The translations under genes were made by a program, and so were the position numbers. Below are positions 1 to 11,499 of a stretch of DNA of 64,000 nucleotides, piece after piece. The DNA lies in the NCBI RefSeq assembly GCF_030144855.1, contig NC_082707.1, positions 166,904,001 through 166,968,000 of the forward strand, in the 5' to 3' direction. Source of the DNA: Hypanus sabinus. Taxonomy: Eukaryota. Within the stretch, counting starts at the first letter, position 1. Every line of letters starts with the position of its first letter. The notes under the pieces are model-generated. The model saw only the letters and a program-made list of their open reading frames with translations. It was not told the origin of the DNA and ran no database searches.

Positions 1-490
1 TGCATTGCATTAGAATCTTTTCAGATTAGCTCAGTTCAGAGCATTACTGGAAAAGCCAAGAGTAAATTATGGCAGCCTGACCTATAGAACTCCTTCCTAT
101 AGAAGGAGTTGCAATTTCTGTTTCTTCCAGGTGTACAGTTCCACTTTGTACATTGGGTGAGGACAGAATCACACTACACTCTCACATGGTTAATGAAAAG
201 ACCCAGCAAATGTTACCATTAATGTCCAGGGAATCCTGCCTCAGGAGATGCAGCGGGAAAGCCTTGTGTGTAAGCAAGGAAGAGTGGGACTCACCAACTG
301 CTTGATGGAAAATTGCCTTTTTAAAATATTAAAGTGAACTGAATGAAGATTAAAAAACATAGTAATAATCAATATACAAATCACTATATGAAGTCAAACA
401 CAGAAGGATGAAAGAAGAGCAGAACATTGCTTATAATATTTAGTTGCTAATAATTTTGTTGAAACACACTGAGTTTTGGAGACAACATAC

Positions 491-573
491 CAAGCCAAGG
501 AACAAATTGATGAGTTGTGTTCTGTATAATTCCAGGTCAAACCGATCATCGTATTTTAAATAAATAATGGCAC
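491..573 (-). CDS. AMN: Amnionless exon 8 (83 nt)
   Basis: acgtag|GT GCC...GGC TTG|gtatgt. Translates (G)AIIYLKYDDRFDLELYRTQLINLFLGL, matching human [28 protein letters not shown] (83 nt, recalled). Phase 1 start fits exon 7. The gene continues beyond the window start. Confidence 0.93.
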
Positions 574-1048
574 CTACGTTCAATGCAACAGCATTATTTT
601 TATATTCTTCCATAAAATAAAGCCACAGCTATAATGTAATAATATTATTTTATAGTAATACATTTTAGTCATTTACAATGCATTTTGCATGGATGATATA
701 GAACGTCTTGGTCACTTGTCAGCTTCTCCACTAGCCTATAGTTATACAGGATACAGTATTTGATTAGTTTCTCAACAGCTCCTTATAAGACTGGCTACAT
801 TGAACTTTTATCAGATATTGGCTCCCTTACTGGTTCCAAGTAAGTGAGCGAATGAGAGTCTTTGGGGGAAAGTACTACAGTTTGGTTCCTATGTAACAGC
901 CTCTCAAAACACTAAATGAGTGCACTGTTCGTGGAGAAAACATGAGCTGCATTAATGTATTGTAACTTTATTCTATATATATATTTTTTATATATAAAAG
1001 ACTTCTTCCATTTAGGGAATTTGTAAGTGGGTTTTATGTGCCCACATA

Positions 1049-1668
1049 CTCACAGTGGGCACTTTTTTTTCCAGAAACTCCTGCACACCTGATTGCTAAT
1101 GCAAACACCTACTCAGCTGAGCACCTCATTGCATAGAAGGATGCAAACGTGGTCAAGAAGCTCAGTTGTTGTTTCAACCAAACATCAGAATGGGGAAGAA
1201 ATATGATCCAAATGACTTTGAGCAGGGAATGACTGTTGGCGCCAGAAGGGATAGTTTGAGTATCTCAGAAACTGATCTCTTGGGATTTCCACACACAACA
1301 GTCCCTAAAGCAGGGGTTCCCTACTTGGGGCCCACTGTCCCCTCAGTTAATGGTAGGGGTCCATGGCATTAAAAAGGCTGGGAAATGCTCCTGGAGAATT
1401 TTTAGAGAATGCTGAAAAAACAAGGAACATCCAGTGAGTAGCAGTTCTATGGGCAAAAATGCCTTGTTAATGAGAGAGGTCAGAGGAGAATGGCCAGTCT
1501 GGTTCAGGCTGACAGGAAGGCGGCAGTAACTCGAATGACCATGTGTTACGACAGAGAGCCATTCTGAACGCACAGCATATCAAACCTTGATGTGGATTGC
1601 CTACAAGAGCAGAAGCCCATGAACGTGCATCAGTGGCCACTTTATTAGGCCCAGCAGGTGGCAGAGTG
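1049..1668 (+). mobile_element. Non-autonomous Tc1-like DNA transposon remnant
   Basis: Decayed Tc1 transposase N-terminal HTH (MGKKYDPNDFEQGMTVGARRDSLSISET-DLLGF). Terminal motif CAGTGG(G/C)CACTTT at 1053 and 1631. TA dinucleotides at 1047-1048 and 1669-1670. Confidence 0.8.
1311..1390. mobile_element. Short hAT-like MITE nested in the Tc1 remnant
   Basis: CAGGGGTTCCC...GGCTGGGAAATGCTC imperfect terminal inverted repeats interrupt the transposase frame. Degenerate 8-bp target-like flanks (ccctaaag / tcctggag). Confidence 0.6.
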
Positions 1669-2362
1669 TATTTGCTTGCAACAGTTTGGAATCCAGCTGT
1701 CTTGGATCTTCTTGCCAATAGATGAAGACCTTATCCTGTCAATGTAATGTGCAACCCCCCAATCTCTGAATGCAGAGGCATTCTAATGTTTTTGTCAATG
1801 TAAATAAAGTAAGTGGCCTGGACATTTGTTTCCTTTTCTTTCTCTAGCCTTGCTACACAGAATGGGTGCTGTCCCCAATGTTTCAATGTCAGAAGTACTC
1901 AACTAACTGTGAAGTACTTTGGGACATCTTGTAGTCTTGAATAATACATTTTATTTTGCTTGCTTTGCCATGATCATCATCCATGCTTGATTCATGCATA
2001 ACTCAGGTGTCTAGTGATGAACTTACTAAGTACATGATCAGACATGCACTTCTTTAGGCTAACAAGAGAACATGTTTTAAATATACATGGAAGACAATAA
2101 AACTAGCTATGGTCATCCGCAAGGCAACAAGTCAGACGAGAGAATAGGTTAATTTTAATTTTCCGGTTGGTTGGAGAAGAATCCTTTAATTTCCATTCCT
2201 CCGCAAAACGCTCTTAATCCTTTAAGTTTGACTTGGATTTCTTTTCGTTTTGTTTTTGAGCAGGGAATGACTGTTGGTTCCCCCACCTCCAGACCACTAA
2301 TTCTGGAAGAGTGGCGAATCCACAAGTTGTGATACTCATGCTATCACAAGCGAGAGACAGGA

Positions 2363-2948
2363 GAGCACCTTTTCCCTGTCCGCAGCAAGAAGCAGGAGGT
2401 CCCAGTGACTAACCATTTCAATTCAATTTCTCATTCCCAATCTGACATGCATTTCCATGTCCTCCTCCAGTGCCATGATGAGGCCAAACTCAGATTGGAG
2501 GAGGAACACCTCATATTCCAGCTGGGTAGACTCCAACCTGATGGCATTAATATTAACTTACGTATATAACTTCTGGTAATTCCATAACCCTCCCTGCCTT
2601 TTTCCATTATCATTACTCTCTTACTGATTTGCTTCTCTTCAGCTGCCCTTCATCTTCCTCTGGTGCCCCTTTTCCTTCCCTTTCTTCTGTGGTCCAATGC
2701 CCCCTCCTCTCCTTCTACTTCAGGCCTTTATCTCTTCCACCTATCATGTGCCAGTTGGTACTCCTTCCCCCCTCTACCTCTTGCTCTGGCTTCTTCCCCC
2801 TTCCTTTCCAATCTGATGAAGGGGTTTTCTGCCTAAAATATCAACTGTTTATTCCCATCCATAGATGCTGCCTGATTTGCCGAATTCCTTCAGTATTTTA
2901 TGTGTGTTGCTCAAGGTTTCCAGCATCTACAGAGTTGTCTGAGTTTAT
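2363..2948 (+). mobile_element. Penelope-like element 3' fragment (GIY-YIG C-terminus plus terminal repeat)
   Basis: Encodes EEEHLIFQLGRLQPDGIN-type C-terminus, then a pyrimidine-rich tract and the ctgatgaaggg...gatgctgcctg...tttccagcatct end. Flanked by the 11-bp direct repeat GAGAGACAGGA (2352-2362, 2949-2959). Confidence 0.8.
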
Positions 2949-3351
2949 GAGAGACAGGATCATTGGATAGGCCGTTATCTATTCCTTGTGGTTACCATTA
3001 ATACATAAGCTATACAAATATAATTCATATTTATTTGGGTGTTCCAGGTTATCTTGCTGGAAAGACATATGATAAATATATTTGCACTAAAGTTCTGATC
3101 CAATTAAATCGCTTATTACTTTGTACATTATTCCCAGTTGTGCTCAGACTGATGATCCCTCTCTGCAAAACACTGTATGTAGTCAGAGAGAAGGAGCTTC
3201 ACTCTGCACTGTTACCATTATTCTAATTGAGGAAAACAGGAGACCAGTAATCAAAAGTGTTCCATTTTCATGATATTGATACACTATATAAATAAAATTG
3301 ATTTCTAAAATCTATAAAATGGACGTGGATATAAATTGAACCTAAACTTAC

Positions 3352-3460
3352 CACAAATCTCACAGCAGTGCCCTTGAGGCTTTAAGGGGGTTGTACAATC
3401 AAGTTCTGCACAATAGCGTTTGGAATGTTGTTGCAAATTAGAACAAATCCTCCTGTGGTT
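3352..3460 (-). CDS. AMN: Amnionless exon 7 (109 nt), cysteine-rich VWC-like region
   Basis: tttgcag|AAC...TGT G|gtaagt. NHRRICSNLQQHSKRYCAELDCTTPLKPQGHCCEIC, same Cys spacing as human WIC...CPQAAC...PQGQCCDLC. Confidence 0.95.
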
Positions 3461-3574
3461 CTGCAAATAAAAATATGAATTCCAGAGTCAGCAGTTGGCC
3501 AGATGCCTCGGTATCAGAGGGTTGTGAGATAAGACTGCAGCTGCTGAAATACTGAGGCTAACAGAAGGGGCTAC

Positions 3575-5145
3575 CGCATTCCTCAATGCCCCACCTCTCA
3601 CCGTATATTTCCTACCTGGTTGGACCTCCCAAATTGCAACACCTCACACTTCTTTGCATTAAATTCAATCCACCATTTTTTCAGCTGGTCCAGACCCCAC
3701 GGCAGGCTTTGATAGTCCTCTTCACTGTCCACTACATTCCCAATGTTGATGTCATCCACAAATTTGTGGATCCATTTAACCGCATTGTCATCCTGATCAT
3801 TGATATAGATGACAACAGCAATAGACCCAGGACCAATCCCTGCAGCACTCCACTGGCCACAGGCCTCCAGTCAGAGAGACAACCATCTGCTACCCCTCTG
3901 GCTTCTCCCGCAAAGCCAATGTCTAATCCAATATACTACCTCATCTTGAATGCTGAGTGAATGAACCTGCTTGACCAACCTCCCATGCGGGACCCTGTCA
4001 AATGCCTTGCTGAACTCCACATAGACAACATCCACTGTCTTGCCTTCATCAGCTTTCCCGTTAACTTCCTTGAAAAAAACTCTGTAAGATCGGTTAGTCA
4101 TGACCTACAATGACAAAGCCATGCTGACTATCCCTAATCAGTCCACGTCTGTCCAAATATTCATAGCTGATCTCTTAGAATAACTTCCGATAACCTTACC
4201 GCTGCAGATATCAGGCTCATCAGCCTATATTTTCCTGGTTTATTCTTAGAGACTTTATTAAACAGCAGAACAACATTAGATACTCTCGAATCCTCCTGCA
4301 CCTCACCTTTCATTTAAATATCTCTACTAGGGCCCTTGCAATTTCTGTATTTGACTCCCACATGGCCCAAAGGAATGCCTTATCAGGCCCTGGGGATTTA
4401 TCCATCCTGATTTCCCTCAAGACAGCAAACCCCTTCTCCTCTGTAATCTGTATAGGCTCCATGACCTTGCTGCTGCTTTGCCTCACTTCTATAGATTCTG
4501 TCTCCTGTGTAAACAAATTTGAAAAAAAAAATCCATTTAAGATCTCTTTTAGCTCCATTCTGATCATCCAGGGGACCAATTTTGTCTCTTGCAATCTTTG
4601 TGCTCTTAACATGTCTATAGAAACCCTTAGGATTGTCCTCCACCTTGTCTGCTAGGGTAACTTCTTCCTTCTTTTAGCCCTCCCGATTGCTTCCTCAGGC
4701 GTTCTCTTGCACTTCTTATACTCAAGTACCTCATTTGTTCCTACCTGCCTGTATCTCCTATACTCCACTTCTTTTCCTCTTAACTAAGGCTTCCATATCT
4801 CTTGGAAACCAAGGTTCCCTAAACCTGTTATCCTTGTCTTTCATTCTGACAGGCACATACAAGCTTTGTACTCTCAGAATTTCACTTTTGAAGGCCTCGC
4901 GCTTACTGGTACAACTCTGTCAGGAAGCAGTCTGTCCCAGTCCACACTTGCCAGATCCCTTCTGATACCATCAAGACTGGCCTTTCTCCACTTTAGAATT
5001 TCAACCTGAGAACCAGACCTTTGCTTTTCCACAGTTACTTTAAAACTAATGACATTAAGATCACTAGATGCAAAGTGTTCCCATACCTAAACTTCTATCA
5101 CGTGCCCTGTCACATTCCCTAATAGGAGATCAAGTATTGCACGCT
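3575..5145 (-). mobile_element. CR1-type LINE ORF2 fragment (decayed)
   Basis: RT motifs VDVVYVEFSKAFDRVPHGRL, DKSPGPD and NPKGFYRHVKS in broken frames. Confidence 0.85.
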
Positions 5146-5149
5146 CTCT

Positions 5150-6960
5150 CATTAACGCCAATGAACTTAAAGTTGCAGACCCTCTCCACCTCTGATCCCC
5201 CAATGAAAATTGGATCATGGACCTCCAGTTTCTTCCTCCTGAATTCAATAATCAGCTCCTTGGTCTTGCTGGCACTGAGTGAGAGGTGGTTGTCACCTCG
5301 TGGCAACACTCAACCAGATTTTCAGTCTCCCTTCTTATGTTGCTTTGTCACCACCTTTGATTTAGCCAATGACAGTGGAGTCATCAGCAAATTTAATTAT
5401 GGGACTGAGCTGTGCTGAGCCTCACAGTCATAAGTATGAAGCAAATAGAGAAGTTGGTGAGTAAGCACACAGCCTTGCAGTGCACCTGTGTGCGCAGTGA
5501 GGTTCTGGAGGAGATACTGCTGCCACTCTGAAATTAATGGAGTCTGCAAGTGAAGGATCCAGTTGCACGAGGAGATATTGAAGCCTGGGTCTTGGTGTTT
5601 AGTGATTAGTTTTGAGGTGATGATAGCTTTGTATATTTATCTGTAGTCAATGGAGAACATCCTGGTGTATGGATCTTCACTGTTCTGATGTTCCAGGGAT
5701 GAGTGAAGGGCCAATTAAACGGCCTCTGCTGTTGACCTGTTGTGACGGTAGACAAATTGAAGCAGATCCAAGTTGCTTCTCAGGCAGGAGTTGATATGTT
5801 ATGTCACCAACTTCTCAAAGCACTTCATCACAGTGGATGTATGTGCTACTGGATAATAGTCATTGAGGCAGGTTACCACATTCTTCTGAGACACCGATAT
5901 TATTGAAACCTGCTTAAATCAGGAGGGCATCTCAGACTGCTAAATGAGAGGTTTAAGATATCAGTGAATGCTCCAACCAGTTGATCAGCTCAGGCCACTA
6001 GATTCAGCCAGGTATCCCATCTAGACCAGATGTTTTCCGTGGGTTCACCCTCATGAAGGATGCTCTAACGTTGGCCTCAGAGACTGAAATCACAGGCTGT
6101 GGAAGTTGGTGAAGGTACCTCTATGTTTTGACAGTCAAAGCAAGCTTAAAAGGCACTGAAATCTGGGAGCAACACCTTGTTGTCACCTATGCTGTTTGGT
6201 ATCCCCTTTGTAGAAGGTGATGGCATTCAAGCCCTACCGCAGCTGTCAAGCATCCTTCCATGATTCAAGTTTGGTTCCCAATTGCCACTTCGCACGCGAG
6301 ATCATAACTGGACCTTTTTGTATTTTACTTGGTCGTCAGACCTGTACGCCTCTCATCTGGCCCTCAGCAGATTGCAGATCTCATGGTTCATCCAGGGCTT
6401 CTGGTTTGGTAAGACTCTGAATGATATTGTGGGGACACACTTGTTTACAACTGTTTTTACAAAGTCCATGACAACCATGGTATCTTGATTCAGATTCTAT
6501 GATGGAGTCTTGAACACGGCCCAGTCCACCAACTCAAACCACTCCCATAGATGCTCCTCTGCCTCCTACGATCATCTCGTTCTTGTCCTTATCTCTGGAA
6601 CTTTGCTGTTTGTCTTCTAGCTGTGTGCAGACAGGAAAAGGACAGCCAAGTAATCACGTTTCCTGAAATGCAGTCCAGGCATGGACCGTTGGCATTCTTA
6701 ATTGTAGTACAGCAGTGGTTGAGTGTATTGGGACCCTGGTGCTGCAGGCGGTATGTTGATGGCAGAGATTGCCGATGGTGATGCTCAGTACCTTGAGTGC
6801 CTTGCTAACTTCGGCCTTCAGCGGTACGTATGCACGGCCAGGATCACAGAGGAGAACTCTCTTGGTAAGTAGAACAGTCAGTATTTAGTCATAGAAGTTA
6901 CAAGTTAGGAACAGGAATGTGACAAGCCCTACAAAGTGTTTATCATGAAACACAGAACAC
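5150..6960 (-). mobile_element. Rex1/Babar-type LINE fragment (endonuclease plus RT, internally deleted)
   Basis: Minus-strand remnants of NLSLSASKTKELII, LIKFADDSTV, PVTCLNDYYPVA and FYLPREFSSVILAV. Confidence 0.75.
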
Positions 6961-7410
6961 CTCTTTTTGCCCTCTCCGAATCAGTAGTCTGGTCCATCTT
7001 ATTGTAATCTATAGTATATTTTATCTATTGCTTTGTACTGCTGTCACAAAACAACAAATTCCATGGCATATGTCAGTGATTATAAACCTGATCCTGATTC
7101 TTTCTGCCCCTCTGAACACCCTTATAGTTCAAACAACTTTCAATTCTTGACTGATTTCATCTTCACAACTCTTCTTTATAGAGAATTCCAGAGATTCACA
7201 GCTCTCAGAACAACTTCTTCTTCATTTCTACCCATTATGATTGATCCCTTATTTTGAAACCATACGCCCTAGCTCTAGTTACAAGTGCTAAGGGAATACA
7301 GAACATCCTCTCAACATTCAGCCATTGGCCCTCCTAATTAGTTTCTGCATCTGTTTGTGAACCTTTGGTTTCATTTACCTGGACCCTTTGTATACCCACT
7401 CCATTAAATT

Positions 7411-7661
7411 TTTTTTGTGTGTGCCACATTCTGCCAGAGACTCGGCGACCACTTTTTCAAGTGGTTGTCTTGGAGGAAGGATTCTGAGTGGTCCCCCATG
7501 TCCTTCTCACAGCGCAGTTTTTTTTAAAAACGAGGTCGAGTTGCGAGCTTGACATTCAACCCGGCACGGATGGAAAGCGTGTCCGGGAGCTGCCCGATTG
7601 GATTTGAACTCGGGAAAACTTTGCTCCGGAGTCCAGGGCTGATGTCACTGCACCACCAGCC
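7411..7661 (-). mobile_element. tRNA-derived SINE
   Basis: Minus-strand A box TGGTGCAGTGAC near 7655 and B box GAGTTCAAATCC (7611-7600). Ends in a CA/A-rich tail. TTAAATT direct repeats at 7404-7410 and 7664-7670. Confidence 0.65.
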
Positions 7662-8559
7662 ATTTAAATTACGATTTGCTGTTTCATTCTCCCTTGTGAA
7701 GTTGACTACCACCCAATTTCCTGTACTATATATTCATTTGCATACCCTCCTGACAATGGGCTAGCCCATCCATCCTGAAAGTTTGGCTATTGTACCCTCA
7801 GTCCCCTTCAGCCAAGTCAATGCATTGCAACCAAATACTGTATTTTGATGGCAGAGCACTCATAAACTGCACCACCCTGTTTCTCCTAAAATCCCCAGAG
7901 CAGCTCCTTCCAGTATTTGGCAATCCATAAAAGGACTTGTATGAAGACATAAACCTCTTGATTCATGCTCCACCCTATATAAATCTGTCTGTGTACTAAG
8001 CCAGCCTAATCTAACATCTGCACTTTGCTTTGCTGCTTTTAATTCCTCATTAGCAGTCAGGATAGTTTGACTTTGTCCAAGCAGTTCACGTAAGGAACTG
8101 GAAAGCTGATGTTCTGCGATGGACCCTTTTGCCAAAATGTTGATATCTCTCCCTCTACAGCTACTGAGTGTCCCCAGTCAGCGTTTCATTTGGTCTGAGA
8201 TTTTCAGTGGCTTCTGTTTTTTTCCTTTTTAAATGTACTGATAATATTTATGCAGTGACTAATCCCATGAAATTTGGATGACAATGTTTCAGACTGGGTG
8301 TGGCCAAAATGCATTGTGACACAAACCGGCTCTGCAGTGACCGCAGCAAAAAGCTGTTGCCATGATGTAAGGTGCCCTTGATGTGTTAACATACATTGAA
8401 AGGCAAAGGAACTGGTACTGCCCAATACTCAGCTGCTTAGTTACTTTTCTATTCAATCAGGTCGACTGGCAGCTCTTCCTTCGCGGTCAATAGAGACGGA
8501 TTTGGTGGAAAGTGTTTACGGTCTCCTCAGAATTGCTTTGCAATTCCAAAGCACAAGTG

Positions 8560-8735
8560 GAATCACTTCCTTTCTCCTGCTTTTTTCCAGATTAAAGTGG
8601 CACAGTGACAGGAAGTGTCGTCACTTTCTCGTGACTTACTAGGAAATGAACTGGCAAGAACTTTTGTACCTTTTGTTCGAATAGCAGTTGGAGGTATGCG
8701 GGAAATTCCTGTGTTTCAGTTTTATTACACGTGAA
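8560..8735. promoter_or_regulatory. Candidate immune-responsive enhancer (ETS/PU.1, NF-kB, IRF, E-box cluster)
   Basis: CACTTCCT 8564-8571, ACAGGAAGTG 8608-8617, AGGAAATGAACT 8641-8652, GGGAAATTCC 8700-8709, GTTTCAGTTTT 8713-8723, CACGTG 8728-8733. Non-repetitive, CpG-retaining DNA. Motif evidence only. Confidence 0.45.
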
Positions 8736-9071
8736 GAGTGAGCCGCAGTATAAAGTCCACAAAAGTAATAAATCAGAGCTGTAGTTCACAGCTGAATTAT
8801 ATGGTCCTAAGAAATGCTCATTCATTTTCGATCTCAAGGCTATGACAAGTCACTTGGAATTTCTGTTAATAAACCATCAGGAAATGATAAAATTTCCACT
8901 GATCCTCAGAGTCATATGCTTTTCCCATCAGCCTATGTATGGTGACTTTGAATAGTTTTCAATGGAATAAAAGAACTTGGGTGGGAAACTGGCTACATAA
9001 CGAGACATTGGTAAGAGAAGGAAGTAAGTATTGTGCAAGTGTACAGTGCAGATCCCCAGGGGACAGGCTAA

Positions 9072-9503
9072 AGGCTAATTTATACTTGTGTGTACGGGCT
9101 ATGCCGTAGCCCTGATTTTCACTCCTGCATAGTTCTACTCACAGCGAGCATGCATTGGTGTGCGCCAAAACACTAGTTGACGGTAGGGTTTCTATGCCAC
9201 TGTGTTGAGTTTCTTCGTGAGAGACGTGGACAAGGAAGTGCATTTCAAACATTTTCGCATGTCGGCAGGTAGATTTGACAATTTGGTTCATGTATTTCAT
9301 GTTGCTGTACAGACATGGCGGAGAAGAAGCAACCGGAAATGCGTAGGAGGAAATGCGATGCTACCAAGCGGACCAATCACAGTTGTTGCGGTCTGCGTCG
9401 TCACGACGCGCAAGTTACTTTTTTGGGGAGGTGCACGTCACCATATGGTGTAGAGTACACAGTACCTACAGCGTAGATGCGATGCACAAGTATAAATCAG
9501 CCT
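9072..9503 (+). mobile_element. PIF/Harbinger non-autonomous transposon
   Basis: TIRs AGGCT(A/G)ATTTATACTTGTG at both ends. TAA target duplication at 9069-9071 and 9504-9506. Internal HFKHFRMSAGRFDNLV resembles the Harbinger transposase N-terminal motif. Confidence 0.85.
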
Positions 9504-9869
9504 TAAGGATCACTTTAGCAGGATGTCCAACAGTGCAGAGTTCATTCAGCAAAGCTCTGGAGTGTCAGCCCAGGATATCAGCTCAAACCTAGAGTGGCTG
9601 CTGAATTTCAAACCTGACATACAACTTTACCCTGAAGAATGACTCTCGCCTATGTAGGTCCAAAGTGGACAGAATGTTTGAATGAAGATTTTTTTTAAAT
9701 CCCAGCTGACCATTTTTGCAATATTTTTAATTGCTGAGTTAGTGAACAATGTCAAACGGATGCATATCTTATATTATGCTGGAGGATGGATACTGACAAT
9801 GCCCATCTTTAATTACTCTTGAGACAGAGTTAAGTCAGTCACATCAGTGGATCAGGAGATACATGTGGT

Positions 9870-10170
9870 AATTGTGGTACAATAGCTAGAACACACACAA
9901 CTCAAGCAGCCAAGGTTCAATCCTGCCTTGAGGTGTTGGCGGTCTGGCATTTGAACCTTTTACACATGGCTGCATCCTCTTGGAGCATTAGTTTACACTT
10001 GCATCCCAGACTTGTAAGTTGATTTGCAGGAAACTGCCCCAAGTGTAAAAGAGATGCAGGAGACTGGAGGGAAATCGTTGACTGGGGGAAAAAATGGGAA
10101 TGAGACCAATGCCATTGCTTTGAGAGTCGGCATAGACTCAACAAAAACTAAACTGTGGTGTTAATGGTTA
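9870..10170 (+). mobile_element. Degenerate V-SINE/HE1-like SINE
   Basis: B box GGTTCAATCC followed by a decayed core similar to the copies at 27565, 32050 and 52681. Confidence 0.45.
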
Positions 10171-10269
10171 TGAGAAATAAATTATAGGCCAGAAGGCCAG
10201 GCAAGGTCGCAAGATTTTATTGCTCCAGAAGGTTTATACATGATCTAATGTCTTCGTGATCACCAAAAC

Positions 10270-11105
10270 ATGAGATTATGTTAGGACTGCTTCTTTTCAC
10301 ATAATGTGTCAATGATTTGGATGATAGAACTGATGGTTTTAAGTCCACATTTGCAAATGATACGAAGGTAACTGGGGGGGAGGGGGGCAGGTGTGTTGAG
10401 GAAACAGGGAGTCCGCAGAAGGACTTACACAAGGAGAATGAGCAAAGATGTGGCAGATGGAATATACTGCTGGGAAGTTCATGGCATGCACTTTGGTAGA
10501 AGGAATAGAAGTATAGACTATTTTCTAAATGGGCAGAAAATTCAAAAATCCAAGATGCAATGGAACTTGGGAGTCCATGTGTAGGATTCCCTAAAGGTAA
10601 TTTGCCAGTTGAATCAGTGGTGAGGAGCATTGCTAACAAATGCATTGTTAGCATTCATTTCAAGAGCACTAGGACATAAAATCAAAGATGTAATACTGAG
10701 GCTTTGTAAGGCAATGGTCAGGCCAATGGTCAGGTTGATGGATTGGGAGCAGTATTGAAAGGCCTAGACAGAGTGGAAGTGGAGACAATATTTCTTATAG
10801 TGGGGATATCTAGGATCGGAGGCCAGAGCCTCAGAATAGAAGGACACCTCCTTAAAACAGAGATGAGGAGGAATTTCTTTAACTAGAGAGTGGCAAATCA
10901 ATGGAATTCATTGGCACAGATAGCTGTGGAAGCCAAGTCATTGGTATATTTAAAGCAGAGGTTAATAGTTCCTTGATTAGTAAAGGTGTCAAACGTTAAG
11001 GGAGGATCAGGAGAACAGGGTTGAGAGGGATAATAAATCAACTTTGATGGAATGGCAGAGCAGATTCAATGGGCTGAATGGCCTAATTCTGCCCTTGTGT
11101 CATTG
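10270..11105 (+). mobile_element. CR1-type LINE 3' fragment with internal deletion
   Basis: STFANDTK, HFGRRNRSIDYFLNG, and CR1 3' tail gggctgaatggcctaattctg. Confidence 0.85.
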
Positions 11106-11243
11106 TCCAACTCACAGTTAAGGGACTAATTTGCCTTTGAAAAAACTTACGTATTACCATACTCTGAATCACAAAACTTTCGTGGAAATCTATACCACAT
11201 TCACTGTATAAACTTTAGATCAGCACATCGATTAGATCCTTAC

Positions 11244-11381
11244 ATCAGAATTACCACATTCACAGCCAGATTTATCTTCGCACTTGGTGTTGGTCACAGC
11301 GATGGAGGCATTTCCATGGAACTGCAGTCTTCCAGTGTTTGACTGTTTGTAATTATTAAAATCTACACTGCTAACAAATTT
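11244..11381 (-). CDS. AMN: Amnionless exon 6 (138 nt)
   Basis: gttgcag|AAA...GAT|gtaagg. KFVSSVDFNNYKQSNTGRLQFHGNASIAVTNTKCEDKSGCECGNSD versus human GRLRFHG...CADPSGCVCGN. Confidence 0.95.
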
Positions 11382-11499
11382 CTGCAACGCAAGACAACAT
11401 TTTCAATTTCACGTTATTCAAATGAGCAAAACCAAATTGACACATGACATTTCACTTTCAGCCACAGAAAATGACGAAAGCTGATTTTCAAGCATGCTG

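Noticed and set aside
1217-1239. The duplicated 23-mer reads as 20 nt plus TGG and begins with TTTG (CRISPR PAM-like)
   Set aside because: No array, cas, tnpB or Fanzor gene in the window, and such short motifs are common. Only the duplication is reported.
8490-8640. Several short hairpins (GAATTGC/GCAATTC, AAAGTGGC/GTCACTTT)
   Set aside because: Mutually exclusive 5-8 bp stems are expected by chance at this window size; the motif cluster is the better explanation.
10712-10734. Short tandem duplications (caatggtcagg twice; also 12279-12310 and 20356-20380)
   Set aside because: Ordinary slippage or repair scars at TE junctions.
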